A DNA stretch of 64,000 nucleotides. Origin: a virus (Duplodnaviria; Caudoviricetes). The stretch spans positions 1 through 64,000 of IMG/VR virus record IMGVR_UViG_2737471636_000001; one strand, 5' to 3'. Positions within the stretch are counted from its first letter, which is position 1, and each line of letters starts with the position of its first letter. A program made the translations under genes and the position numbers. Of the stretch, positions 39,591-49,452 are shown in pieces. Below the pieces are notes generated by a model. That model ran no database searches. It had not been told where the DNA came from and was given only the letters and a program-made list of their open reading frames with translations.

Positions 39591-40685
39591 TTAAATACCT
39601 CCTAATTTCGCGGCTATCTGCTTGTCCGTCATATTAAATTTGCGCAATACCGCCAAGTCTGACGCTGACAATTTGCCTGTTTCAAGTGCAGCTTCAATTT
39701 TTCTCGTGGCAACCGGCTTCCTGACAATTCTCTTAACCTTCTTTGCCACTTCATGAATGGATTTTCTCTCTTTAGCCTTGGCACGCTCTGCCGCACGTTG
39801 CTGACTGGTCTTGATGCGCGTGGCACTGGCTTTTTGTTTGTCGATTTCCGCTTGCCTGGCAGTGTGCTTGGCCGTGTTATCTGCTGATGCGTGCAATTTT
39901 TCCATGTGTTTAGCAAGAAAGTTGAGCACGGTGCCCGATGATTCGACTTCGGCCATGACGCGCAACACATGCTTGCACGCCACACCTTTAAGATTCGGGT
40001 TCCTGATCTTGGGAAACCCCATTTCCTTACGCCCAGCATTGAAGTTGCCTATGGTGCTGATATAACGGAACCAATACCGATGACGGCCACAATCACAATC
40101 AAACGCGAGTTTTTGTTTTCTCAGCCAATTAGCTATCTGCTTTGGTGTTTTGCTATCCTTAGCCTTGGATGACATGAGGCGATTGGCCGCTTCTGCAAAT
40201 GCATTGAAACGCACCAATACATGGTGACGGTTTACATCGGAATCCGGGCCGGCATTGGTAATAAATCTGATTTGGCCATTCATGGCTGACGCCGGTACCG
40301 CCATAGTGATCTGTTTTTTGGCTCGATCAAGATCGGTTTCGGGACCTGATCCGGGCATCGGTCGAGAAGCGGCCAGATCGATCACCTGCCGGGCAGTAAT
40401 GCCATCTCCGTTAAAATTTCTTTGTGCCAGACGCATATTGTGACGGAATTGCGCAAGATCGCTGGTGGTAATTGGTCTTACTTGTCCGCCCATGGTTGTC
40501 ATCAGCACGCGGCTTGCATCCCACTCACCCTGCACTTCATTTTTGGTAAGGATAATTGAGCGTGGTGACTTTTCAGCCGCTTCACGTTCGCGCAAATCTT
40601 CCTTGGCATTTGCCTTGGCTTCGCTGACATGACCTTTCAGCTTGCCGATACTGGCTCTTATTTTTCCAAGTAGCAAATTAGCCAT
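39591..40685 (-). CDS. SWIM-type zinc finger phage protein
   Basis: FDCDCGRHRYWFRY...ACKHVLRV. Confidence 0.7.
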   Translation of the reverse strand: MANLLLGKIRASIGKLKGHVSEAKANAKEDLREREAAEKSPRSIILTKNEVQGEWDASRVLMTTMGGQVRPITTSDLAQFRHNMRLAQRNFNGDGITARQVIDLAASRPMPGSGPETDLDRAKKQITMAVPASAMNGQIRFITNAGPDSDVNRHHVLVRFNAFAEAANRLMSSKAKDSKTPKQIANWLRKQKLAFDCDCGRHRYWFRYISTIGNFNAGRKEMGFPKIRNPNLKGVACKHVLRVMAEVESSGTVLNFLAKHMEKLHASADNTAKHTARQAEIDKQKASATRIKTSQQRAAERAKAKERKSIHEVAKKVKRIVRKPVATRKIEAALETGKLSASDLAVLRKFNMTDKQIAAKLGGI

Positions 40686-40693
40686 GACCGGGT

Positions 40694-41026
40694 TTATTCA
40701 GCCCAGGTAGGCGAGAAATTTTCTCGATAGGCGCCAATAGACTCGAACCCCGTGCGGCGCTTGATGGCGTAAAGCTGGCTTTCAGTGGGAAGAATGATTA
40801 GCTTTTGCGGTAACGCTTGATCGACCATATCCAGACCGGCTGAGGCCATTACCGCCAGATACTCATCGCGGCGACCGTATACGCGCTGAGATACCAGGGA
40901 TAAATCATAGGCTTCATCAGGTTTTGTTTCATAGAAAATAGCCGTATCCCAAGGCTTAATGCTATCTGCAAAAATCCTGACTTCCTTGTAAAAATCCTTG
41001 GCCGCAACCGAATTATTATCAATCAT
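40694..41026 (-). CDS. Baseplate wedge LysM-like (gp53/PmgA-like) protein
   Basis: DLSLVSQRVYG..YLAVMASAG..LIILP. Confidence 0.65.
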   Translation of the reverse strand: MIDNNSVAAKDFYKEVRIFADSIKPWDTAIFYETKPDEAYDLSLVSQRVYGRRDEYLAVMASAGLDMVDQALPQKLIILPTESQLYAIKRRTGFESIGAYRENFSPTWAE

Positions 41027-41039
41027 TGGTAAATTAGCC

Positions 41040-41528
41040 TTAAATCGTAATTATTTGGCCACGCGATAAAGCCAATAATTCTTCTGACATGCTTACAGTA
41101 CTTTCTATGGTCCCTGCCCTGATTGCATACAGGCATGTAGCAAGCGCAGCAATCTGGCCACATGTCACTCCGTCAGCAATGCGAAATACCGGACCTGAAT
41201 TATCAATGCCGTCCTTCTCAATTGACGGCTCAGGATTTGAGCGTGCGGCGCGGTCAGAGATCACCAGGCGAGAACTTTTGCCATCAGCAGCAATGCCGGA
41301 TTTTAAAGTGTAGAACGCTGATATTGCCGGTTTAAGATCAAGATCCTCGAATAAACTATCGCGCGGAATGTCGGGATCGTTGGTTAAAACCACGCAACCC
41401 GCCCGGCGTTCAGTTCTGTAGTCTGCCTCTGCAGCCACAACAAGAATATTTGTCTCGGTGTCCATAGCTGAAAATAGTGTGCAAGCCCTGCCGCCATAAC
41501 CAGCGAACGTTGCCTGGATTTGGATCAT
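41040..41528 (-). CDS. Hypothetical morphogenesis protein
   Basis: 162 aa ORF in late operon. Confidence 0.6.
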   Translation of the reverse strand: MIQIQATFAGYGGRACTLFSAMDTETNILVVAAEADYRTERRAGCVVLTNDPDIPRDSLFEDLDLKPAISAFYTLKSGIAADGKSSRLVISDRAARSNPEPSIEKDGIDNSGPVFRIADGVTCGQIAALATCLYAIRAGTIESTVSMSEELLALSRGQIITI

Positions 41529-41797
41529 TTATGCCTTTTGAATAAATCGCCTACCCGCATCGTCCACACCGGCCAGGAAAACACCAGGCATATCAGGTTG
41601 TATGGCCAGAATGCAATTATCGTCATGACAACCACTCCTAAACTGCTGGCAATATCCGCCTTCTCATTCGGGTCTTTAAAGCCAAGGTGCAATACAGCAA
41701 ACAAGAAAACCAATCCGGCAAGCAAGTAATAGATGGCTACATGCTTAATCAGATCAATGTCAATTTCGTAAATGATATTCATCGTTGAGTCATCCAT
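41525..41797 (-). CDS. Small membrane protein
   Basis: Two hydrophobic segments. Confidence 0.55.
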   Translation of the reverse strand: MDDSTMNIIYEIDIDLIKHVAIYYLLAGLVFLFAVLHLGFKDPNEKADIASSLGVVVMTIIAFWPYNLICLVFSWPVWTMRVGDLFKRHK

Positions 41798-41799
41798 AA

Positions 41800-42543
41800 T
41801 TAAGTTACCGTTGTTTGTTTATTAATTGTTCTGGCATCAAAATCAACTTGATCAACGACTGGATACCCGGAAGGATCGAGCGGTTCTCCTGGGGTTCCTT
41901 TACCATCATTGGGTTCATTGTCTGCAGGTACTTTGAACAAAGGGGTGGACACCTTGAGAGTGATATCAACAGCCAGAACCGTAAGATTCTTGGCATCCGT
42001 TTTTATCGCCATGGCAGGAGCATCGGGGGATTCAATCTGAACCGGCCACAGGTCAACAAATCCAGCAAAAGTGTATTGCGCATCGAATCTGCGATTAGGT
42101 GCTGAATCAATAAACAAAATGAATTGTGATGCAAGGGATTTAGCAGTGGGCTCATCATGGGCGGCTAATACAATCTGAGCACGGATATCACCAGCCACCG
42201 CTTGAAGTTTGAAAGCACGCTCTTTGGCATCATCCGGAAACGTGAAAAACGCTTCTTCTGATAGCTGCCGGGTATAGTCGCGCCCGGAAGGCACATAATC
42301 TTCGGCCACCGCAATAATAATGATCGGCATATCTACCGGATTAGTGGGTGTGTTATCGATGTCCTCTCTCTGCCAGGCAGCCAGCATATCTTCAACGGCA
42401 TCGACCATGCGCGATGGCGCCCATACGACACTTTTTGGTAATCCGCGTGCTATAAACTCATGTAGAGACTTGGTAGTAGGCACGATCCCGGCATAATATC
42501 TGCCCATATACTCGCCAAATGCCTTTTTAACTGGCTGAAACAT
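41800..42543 (-). CDS. Tail completion/terminator-like protein
   Basis: 247 aa downstream of the protease gene; assigned mainly by position. Confidence 0.5.
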   Translation of the reverse strand: MFQPVKKAFGEYMGRYYAGIVPTTKSLHEFIARGLPKSVVWAPSRMVDAVEDMLAAWQREDIDNTPTNPVDMPIIIIAVAEDYVPSGRDYTRQLSEEAFFTFPDDAKERAFKLQAVAGDIRAQIVLAAHDEPTAKSLASQFILFIDSAPNRRFDAQYTFAGFVDLWPVQIESPDAPAMAIKTDAKNLTVLAVDITLKVSTPLFKVPADNEPNDGKGTPGEPLDPSGYPVVDQVDFDARTINKQTTVT

Positions 42544-42550
42544 GCTTGTA

Positions 42551-43405
42551 TTACCTCATGAACTTGTTAATTAACCGTCCAAACGTAGGATTAACTTGCT
42601 GTTCACTGACTTCCTCTTCGACCGGCTCTTCAAACTCAGGTAATTTTTCTATCGAGTGAAAATAATCACGGTCTTTTTGCAATGCGCTGATGGGATTGAT
42701 ATCTACTGTTAACGGTGCCATCGTCACGGAATCTAGGATTGAGTTAGCGTCGATGCTCTTACTGGCAAGCATCGACAGGAACTGCTCGTTCTCCGCTTGT
42801 AGTCTCTCGATTACCGCGCTGGTAGCTTCGCGCTCAATTTTGATGCTATCCAGCAAGACGATCAATGAACGCGCATGCTCTTCCTGTTCGGCTGCGTACA
42901 CATCGTCATAGGTAAGATCGCCGGTATTGCCGCTCAAGGCGTCATCAAACGCCACGCCCCTGAATGAATTATCAAGAAAATTAGGCTGCAGAACGTAATC
43001 GAAACCATAGAATTGCGGTCTCTTTTCATCGATGGCCGATGAGAATCCGCCCACTTTCTGAAAAAATAGTTTCTCTGCGACCTGCCCTGCTGCGGTATCA
43101 AGGAACTCCGCTTGATGCTCTACCATGCCGTCCATTGTTACTTTGAGGTGAGTGGTTATGAATGCCGGTTGCACTGGAACGTACTTACCGCCATCTAAAC
43201 CTCCCTCAGACGGATGCATTCCGAACCGGATTCTAGGGAAGTGACCGTAATATCCAATCATCCCTCTGGAATTAACGGTTTCCTGGCACGCACCCCCATT
43301 AACGCTATCGAAAATCTTCTGGATATTGAAGTTACGCGACTGACCGGTATATTTGCGGCCTCGTTCTTTAAGTGAATATCTGATCATGGGCGTGGTAGTT
43401 GGCAT
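42551..43405 (-). CDS. Prohead protease (P1 Pro-like)
   Basis: GYYGH, GGFSSA, GFDYVLQPNF catalytic-type motifs. Confidence 0.8.
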   Translation of the reverse strand: MPTTTPMIRYSLKERGRKYTGQSRNFNIQKIFDSVNGGACQETVNSRGMIGYYGHFPRIRFGMHPSEGGLDGGKYVPVQPAFITTHLKVTMDGMVEHQAEFLDTAAGQVAEKLFFQKVGGFSSAIDEKRPQFYGFDYVLQPNFLDNSFRGVAFDDALSGNTGDLTYDDVYAAEQEEHARSLIVLLDSIKIEREATSAVIERLQAENEQFLSMLASKSIDANSILDSVTMAPLTVDINPISALQKDRDYFHSIEKLPEFEEPVEEEVSEQQVNPTFGRLINKFMR

Positions 43406-43435
43406 GTTTATGACTCCATTCGTTGAATTTCTTCA

Positions 43436-43536
43436 ATAATGCCGCCTATGTACCAGCAAACTAGCTGCGTTTTTCCGTTTAGATAGTCTTCCTGCGGAAA
43501 ATGCGAGGTATTTCATGGCATAGCGCACCCTAATAT
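43436..43536. promoter_or_regulatory. Back-to-back late promoters: minus GGAAAA-N29-CATTAT (43436-43476) and plus GGAAAA-N29-TAATAT (43496-43536)
   Basis: The motif is present on both strands of the divergent protease/portal intergenic region. Confidence 0.75.
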
Positions 43537-43564
43537 CTGCGCATCATTTGCCATCGTGTGACAT

Positions 43565-45151
43565 ATGCCTACTTCAAACAATAAATTAACCAAAAAGCCC
43601 GGTTTACTCGCAAGCCTTGGGATACCCGGGAAGCGCTGGAAATCCGAATACCTGGACCCTGCTCAGGAAATCCAACCTGCAGATACTTTCCTTTATGGAT
43701 CGGGCATTACGACGGTTGCATCATTGCTTGGATCGGGCAAGAAATCAGCCAGATCAAGGCAGCAAATCTATAATAAATGGAGCGAAATGGAGTCCGATGC
43801 CGTCGTATCATCGGCATTGAAACTGCTTGTCACATCAGCGCTGGGAGGGCACGAGACAAATGGCGATATCGTATTTATGGAGACAACACCTGCTGCCAGC
43901 AAGGATAAAAGGCTGATCCGGATAGTTGAAGAGACTGCTGAAGAGCTCCAGCCCATTTTCAATAGAATTGCATTTCAGACCGCGTATATAGGTGCGGTTT
44001 TTGGAGATGCCTATGGCCGCGTTTACACGGATAACCGGGGGGTGATTGATGTCAGCACCGATGAAATGGTCAGACCGCCAATGGTTCAGCCGTTCGAGCG
44101 CGGTAATCGCACGGTTGGTTATGCTGTTTTTACGGGCAGACGCAATTTTGAGCGGTTGGATGTGTCGCAAATGGCCAGGTTAAAAATGTCGCGCACACAA
44201 TGGACACCCCAGTACGGAGTGGTCGAGAAATCACTCAGAATTGCAATTACTGAGGATGATCTTAACGAATTGCCCCTCATGCCCAGCATGGCCGGTGGTT
44301 CGCTCTTGTACAACGCTGAGGAAGCATACAGCAACTTCAATTCAACGCTGCTTGGCATGGTCAGTCAGCGATGGAAAGCATCACTCGATCATCGGATTGT
44401 CGGGTTGCAGATGCAGAACATGACCAAGGAGCAGCAAGACCGATTTATGGCGTCGGTAGTCTCAATGTACAAGGATATTAAAGGAATCGTTGCTGATGCT
44501 ATAGAAAACGGCAGATCGATACCGGAAACAGTGACCTCAATCCTGCCGATGTATGCTGACAAGCAACTGGTTTCCATATCCAGCGCTGATAAATCAACCA
44601 TGCAAAGCATCATAATCGATGATGTGATGATTCATGCTCGACTACTATCCGGTGCCATCGGTGTTGATTTGTCCATGCTTGGCTTTGCCGATCAATTGGC
44701 GGGTGGACTGGGTGAAGGTGGATTTTTTAGGACATCAGCCCAGGCTGCTGAGAACGCCCGAATGATCCGCTCATCACTGGCCGACATGTTCAACCAGATT
44801 ATTGATATTCACACCATGAAACGGTACGGGATTGTATTCAATGAAAGAGATCGCCCCTGGAATATTAATTTTTTTGGCTCAATCTCAGCACTTGAAGCAG
44901 AAAAGCAGCGCACTAAATCAGACTCAATGAATTCAGGCTTGCTGTTGGCTCAATCGATTCAAATGATGAAAGACATGGGGGCTACCGAAAAAATAATGGC
45001 TGAATTCCTGACCAAAAACATGATGCTGGATGAAGACCAAGCAAAATTGTTTGCAACCATCGTTAAAGTGAAAAATGATCCGGAAGGCGAAGGAGGCGAC
45101 TTTAGTGGTGGCTTTGGTAGCAATAAAGGCGGCTTTAGTAGTGGAAATTAA
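43565..45151 (+). CDS. Portal protein (P1 Prt-like)
   Basis: 528 aa, MESDAVVSSAL, FGDAY, GGLGEGGFFRTSAQAA. Confidence 0.8.
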   Translation: MPTSNNKLTKKPGLLASLGIPGKRWKSEYLDPAQEIQPADTFLYGSGITTVASLLGSGKKSARSRQQIYNKWSEMESDAVVSSALKLLVTSALGGHETNGDIVFMETTPAASKDKRLIRIVEETAEELQPIFNRIAFQTAYIGAVFGDAYGRVYTDNRGVIDVSTDEMVRPPMVQPFERGNRTVGYAVFTGRRNFERLDVSQMARLKMSRTQWTPQYGVVEKSLRIAITEDDLNELPLMPSMAGGSLLYNAEEAYSNFNSTLLGMVSQRWKASLDHRIVGLQMQNMTKEQQDRFMASVVSMYKDIKGIVADAIENGRSIPETVTSILPMYADKQLVSISSADKSTMQSIIIDDVMIHARLLSGAIGVDLSMLGFADQLAGGLGEGGFFRTSAQAAENARMIRSSLADMFNQIIDIHTMKRYGIVFNERDRPWNINFFGSISALEAEKQRTKSDSMNSGLLLAQSIQMMKDMGATEKIMAEFLTKNMMLDEDQAKLFATIVKVKNDPEGEGGDFSGGFGSNKGGFSSGN

Positions 45152-45167
45152 CCAATAGTGGGCAAGC

Positions 45168-46079
45168 ATGAGTTTATATAACAATGTAGCACAATCACTC
45201 ACAAGAGGTGGTTTGACCGGTTCAGTAATTGGTAGCGCCAGTTCCATTACCAACACTATCGGCCAAAGAGCCGCCAGCATGATGGGCAATGGCGAACTAG
45301 CCAAAGCAATCGGCAGTATTGGTGCGGCCACCGGTCGAAATGTCGTCATTAACCAGATTAATAAGCACATTCCTATCACTGCACGACGCGGTTTAAACGT
45401 TGGCGCCGGTGTAGTGGACGATATCATGCGCGGCGATGTAAACGCTGCCGGTTTGCGCATACTCGATTCTGGATTACTCAACAAACTTCTACCTGGGATG
45501 AGTGCTGCGGCTTCCCAGGCAATGTACTGGAACCGCCCTTCTCCTTTATTTGGCGGCATTACTCCAACAGAAGCACTGAGAATATTTGAGACAATGCAAT
45601 CGACCAGGCTATCCAAGAAAAACTTATTCTTGATCGAGGCATCCAGTAGATTGATGGGAGACTGGGTTTCTCCCTGGCTAAATATGTTTGCAACAGAGAT
45701 CGAATACGCGCCGTATATCGTGGGCAGTGATAAACATAGAACGGGCGGCTCGACTATCGATTCTGTGCGCACAGGCGAACCGGTAGAAATGCGTATTTCC
45801 ACTATGGATGATCAGTTTGGCACCATAAAGAAGTGGTACGAACTTCATCACAGCAGCGCCGTAGCGCAGGATGGTACCGTGGGATTGCCGTCAATGTATG
45901 CCATCAAGTTCAATATTATTCATTCATTTGTTACCCGCGAGAGCACCCTGTATGGGGCGTATGAAAGCATTGGATGGTTCAGGCCGTCCAATCTTGAAAT
46001 CAGCTTATCCAGACGCGAGGATGCTATGGCAGAGGTGCAAATGACATTCTCGCAAATAGATACTTTCATAAAAGCATAG
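45168..46079 (+). CDS. Tail-tube-related/baseplate protein
   Basis: 303 aa upstream of the tape measure gene; tube-fold-like C-terminal half. Confidence 0.5.
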   Translation: MSLYNNVAQSLTRGGLTGSVIGSASSITNTIGQRAASMMGNGELAKAIGSIGAATGRNVVINQINKHIPITARRGLNVGAGVVDDIMRGDVNAAGLRILDSGLLNKLLPGMSAAASQAMYWNRPSPLFGGITPTEALRIFETMQSTRLSKKNLFLIEASSRLMGDWVSPWLNMFATEIEYAPYIVGSDKHRTGGSTIDSVRTGEPVEMRISTMDDQFGTIKKWYELHHSSAVAQDGTVGLPSMYAIKFNIIHSFVTRESTLYGAYESIGWFRPSNLEISLSRREDAMAEVQMTFSQIDTFIKA

Positions 46080-46089
46080 GAATCTAACA

Positions 46090-48186
46090 ATGGCCGTTAA
46101 ACATGACAATCAAGGCTTTGTGATTGGAGAATCCGTTGATCTTGATAAAACCTTCGGGCTCTGGAATGAAATTAGAGAGGATTTGCGTGCAATCCGCGCC
46201 GCTCTGACCGACAGCAGCAAGGGTGATTCAGCGGTACCATTAGTTCGGATCAAGAAACCAGAGCCAATTTCATCAGCCAGGCACCAAGTAGCTACCCCAC
46301 TGGCTAGGAACGCCGCTAAATCATCGCCCTACAGCCCAATAACCAAGCCATTTAACGACGACATGGGTACGGGTAAGTTTTCGCTACCAGCTAGTCCTCT
46401 CGAACGAAAAGCCATTACTCGAAGCGAGCGGAAAGCAAAAACAGCAGCCGCAAACGGAGGTGGCGAGAGCATTAAAAGCGCCGCACCAGCAAATAGAAAT
46501 ACCACGACAGGACGGTTTGAAAGAAAGAATGGTGGCTTCGGAACTCGAAGCGATACTGATGATAGCGTGGATAGTTCCCTTTACTCCAATGAGGAAGGTG
46601 GCAGGGCTCTGAGTGATGCAACCAACAAAATCGTTAGCGCAATTGGCGATATCGGTGGCGGCATGGAGGATACCGACCCTACCATCAAAGCATTCAACGA
46701 GGTTTCTCAGCCGTTATCACGCGGCTATGAAATGCTATCAATAAGCAATGGGATTGATGACAAGCGCAAAGACCGCTGGTTTAGACGCATTTTTGGTGAG
46801 TTAAGGTTATTCCGCAAAGACGAAACATTATTCAATAAAGCTGCCAATAAAAGCCTGAGAAACATTGAAGAGACGACCGAATCAACCGGCACGACCGATA
46901 GCGGTGGTACCAGTTGGTTAATGAGGTATGTTCTGCCACTGGCCATAGCTGGAATCGGGTGGTTAATGACTGGATCCGGCAAGGAAATCAGAGAGAGGTT
47001 ATCGAACGCTCATGATAAAACGATGGAGGCCATACGCCGTCCACTGGACCTTATTGGCAAAAAATTAACCTCATTCATTGAAGGTGTCAGCAGCAAGATC
47101 GAGTCAGCCTGGTCCACGTTTACCGGATTCGTTAAAGATAAACTGGGCATCGATATCAATAAAGCACTCAAACCTGTTGTTGATACCGTTAAGAGTGGAT
47201 ACCAAGCGGTAAAAGGTAAGGTTTCATCAGCGATCGATCGCGCATACAATACTGCAGAAGCCGGTGTAGGATCCGCTCTGGAAACGGTTATGCCCAAAGG
47301 ATACCGACACAAAGCAACCTTTAATGGCTTAAAGGGTGGCGATAAACTGGCTAGATTTGGAACATATACTGACGCGGAAGCACAGAGAATACGCGCATTA
47401 AAGACCAGCGCGGCCAATACTTCTGCAAACTTAAAGGGTGGAATGCCACCCGAGATTCAGGCCAAGATCGCAGCTCAAGCTAAGAAACATGGGCTCGACC
47501 CGGTTATGATGCAAAAAATTGCAGCCATGGAGAGCGGAGGCAATCCCAATGCGATCAGTGAGACTGGCGCGATTGGAGTGTTTCAGTTCACTGGGAGAAC
47601 CGCTACTGGCATAGGTATTAAGAATCGTTTTGATGTTGACCAAAACATAGAAGGCGGCATGAAATTAGCCCTTGAAAACATGGCTATTCTTAAGAATCAG
47701 GGTTTGCCGATCACACCCGAAAATCTTTATATGATGCACCAGATAGGACCGGCAGCAGCAAAAGAAGTGATTCACGGAGCTGAGAAAGGACTTTCAAAGC
47801 GTGATTTGTCTCAAAATACGCAATCCGGAATGAAGATGAACTATGGTAAGAATAGTTCTACCGCTGCTGAGTACATCGATGCAAACAAGACCGCCCTAGA
47901 CAAACGCTATGCTTCAGTGGTCGGTGCGTCCATACCGGACACTAGCAACTCATTAGCTCCGCCGGTGAGTTTTGATCCAGCTAAAACGGTTTTTGCACCC
48001 GCGCCAAGCATCCCCTCAGTGTCATCGTCTATACCATCGATACCTGATGCTCCGTCAATTATTACGCCAATGGGAAGTATCAGCAGCAAAAAACACTCAA
48101 ATAACGCGGTGATGCCCCAGGAAGTTGGGCAGGATATTAAGGATCGTAGGATTGCTCATATTGTTACGGGTGGATTGAGTTCTTAA
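46090..48186 (+). CDS. Tape measure protein with lytic transglycosylase domain (P1 Sit-like)
   Basis: IAAMESGGNPNAIS.TGAIGVFQF SLT motif; helical repeats. Confidence 0.8.
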   Translation: MAVKHDNQGFVIGESVDLDKTFGLWNEIREDLRAIRAALTDSSKGDSAVPLVRIKKPEPISSARHQVATPLARNAAKSSPYSPITKPFNDDMGTGKFSLPASPLERKAITRSERKAKTAAANGGGESIKSAAPANRNTTTGRFERKNGGFGTRSDTDDSVDSSLYSNEEGGRALSDATNKIVSAIGDIGGGMEDTDPTIKAFNEVSQPLSRGYEMLSISNGIDDKRKDRWFRRIFGELRLFRKDETLFNKAANKSLRNIEETTESTGTTDSGGTSWLMRYVLPLAIAGIGWLMTGSGKEIRERLSNAHDKTMEAIRRPLDLIGKKLTSFIEGVSSKIESAWSTFTGFVKDKLGIDINKALKPVVDTVKSGYQAVKGKVSSAIDRAYNTAEAGVGSALETVMPKGYRHKATFNGLKGGDKLARFGTYTDAEAQRIRALKTSAANTSANLKGGMPPEIQAKIAAQAKKHGLDPVMMQKIAAMESGGNPNAISETGAIGVFQFTGRTATGIGIKNRFDVDQNIEGGMKLALENMAILKNQGLPITPENLYMMHQIGPAAAKEVIHGAEKGLSKRDLSQNTQSGMKMNYGKNSSTAAEYIDANKTALDKRYASVVGASIPDTSNSLAPPVSFDPAKTVFAPAPSIPSVSSSIPSIPDAPSIITPMGSISSKKHSNNAVMPQEVGQDIKDRRIAHIVTGGLSS

Positions 48187-48282
48187 GTTGACCATCAAAA
48201 TGACGTGATAAATTAGAAGGTAATTCAGCAGGTAGTTAAGTAGTAGTGAAAAATTGCGAAAAGCGAAAGATTTTTGAAAGCT

Positions 48283-48403
48283 GATTTACCATAATTTCTA
48301 GCACTAGAGTTCTCCCAAGTGCTAAAACCCTGTTTAACTTATTACCTTCAAAAACAATAATGTCATTGGCAGTAAATTCCAAGTTTTTGTATTATGTTAA
48401 ATC
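48283..48403. repeat. Inverted pair of XerD-arm-like sequences (dif/attP-like)
   Basis: GATTTACCATAAT (48283-48295) and ATTATGTTAAATC (48391-48403), 12/13 complementary; the second contains the XerD consensus TTATGTTAAAT. Confidence 0.55.
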
Positions 48404-48652
48404 GAATAATCGTAGAACTAAGCTCAGAAGAAAAAGTGATAGATTTTCTGCGCTTCTTGATAAGCTGTTTGGCAGTTGTCAGAAAACCTGCATTAATCAT
48501 TAGTACTCTTTCAAAATCAAGCTGGTCTTTGAATATCCTCATATCCGACAAGTTATAACAACTTCTAAGTTGAAGGCTTGTCGGGTTTCTTTTATCTAAA
48601 TTGAAGTCAATTCAAATTTGTAATGATGTGTTTTTGCTTTTAGGCTGAGAAA

Positions 48653-49081
48653 ATGAACGATCTAATTTATGGTGTGGATAATGAAGAGATTAGAAAGATT
48701 ACAGGCGAAGATCTGAAAGTAATTAAGAAATGGAAAAAAGGAACAAGGGAAATCCCTGAATCCGCATTAAGGTTATTAAGATTATATCTTTCTGGTGATG
48801 CCAGTGCATTACTGGGTGATGAATGGAAAGGCTATCGTTTCGTGGATAATTTGTTTTATGTTCCTGAATGGAGAAACGGTTTTCCACCGCATGAGATTAG
48901 AGCTATGTTTTGGAAAGTCCAACAGCTTTGGAGCTTGCAGCGAGAGATTGAGCTATTAAAACAGGAGTTAGATCGGCGTAATGATGATATTAATACGCTG
49001 GAAGTTAGAGTCAGTTTTTACAAACGCCAGCTAGTGCTTGAAAGCCGGTTTGGTATGATTTTAGAAAGAAGCTTTTCTTAA
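48653..49081 (+). CDS. DUF3653/VC1465(XafT)-like filamentous-phage regulatory protein
   Basis: KKWKKG..IP..ALRLLRL..G....WKGYRF...L..PE...F.P.EIRA..W pattern. Confidence 0.6.
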   Translation: MNDLIYGVDNEEIRKITGEDLKVIKKWKKGTREIPESALRLLRLYLSGDASALLGDEWKGYRFVDNLFYVPEWRNGFPPHEIRAMFWKVQQLWSLQREIELLKQELDRRNDDINTLEVRVSFYKRQLVLESRFGMILERSFS

Positions 49082-49104
49082 CAAGAAAAATCACCAGAAT
49101 TTTC

Positions 49105-49350
49105 TTAAATAAAGTTACTAACAATCTGGAAAACAAAACCAGTAATCAAAATACATAAACCTACAAAAGAATATTTATCATATTTTTTAACCCTTTTTAT
49201 CTGCTCTTCATCTATTTCTTCTCTAACCATATAGCTATACCCTTTGCGATTTATAGTTTCTGGTAGACCAAAACGCCATAAAATTATCACTCCAATTATA
49301 TCTAGAAATAGTCCGATACTATTGAGTAGGTCTGAGCAACTTATTATCAA
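49105..49350 (-). CDS. Small two-TM membrane protein
   Basis: LNSIGLFLDIIGVIIL ... GLCILITGFVFQIVS. Confidence 0.65.
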   Translation of the reverse strand: MIISCSDLLNSIGLFLDIIGVIILWRFGLPETINRKGYSYMVREEIDEEQIKRVKKYDKYSFVGLCILITGFVFQIVSNFI

Positions 49351-49452
49351 AATTGAAATTCTTTCTTAAATTTTAAACTTCAAATATGGAATATGTAACA
49401 AAAGGAAAATTATGTACTAGAAAATTATACATAAGAATTTTATTAATATATT

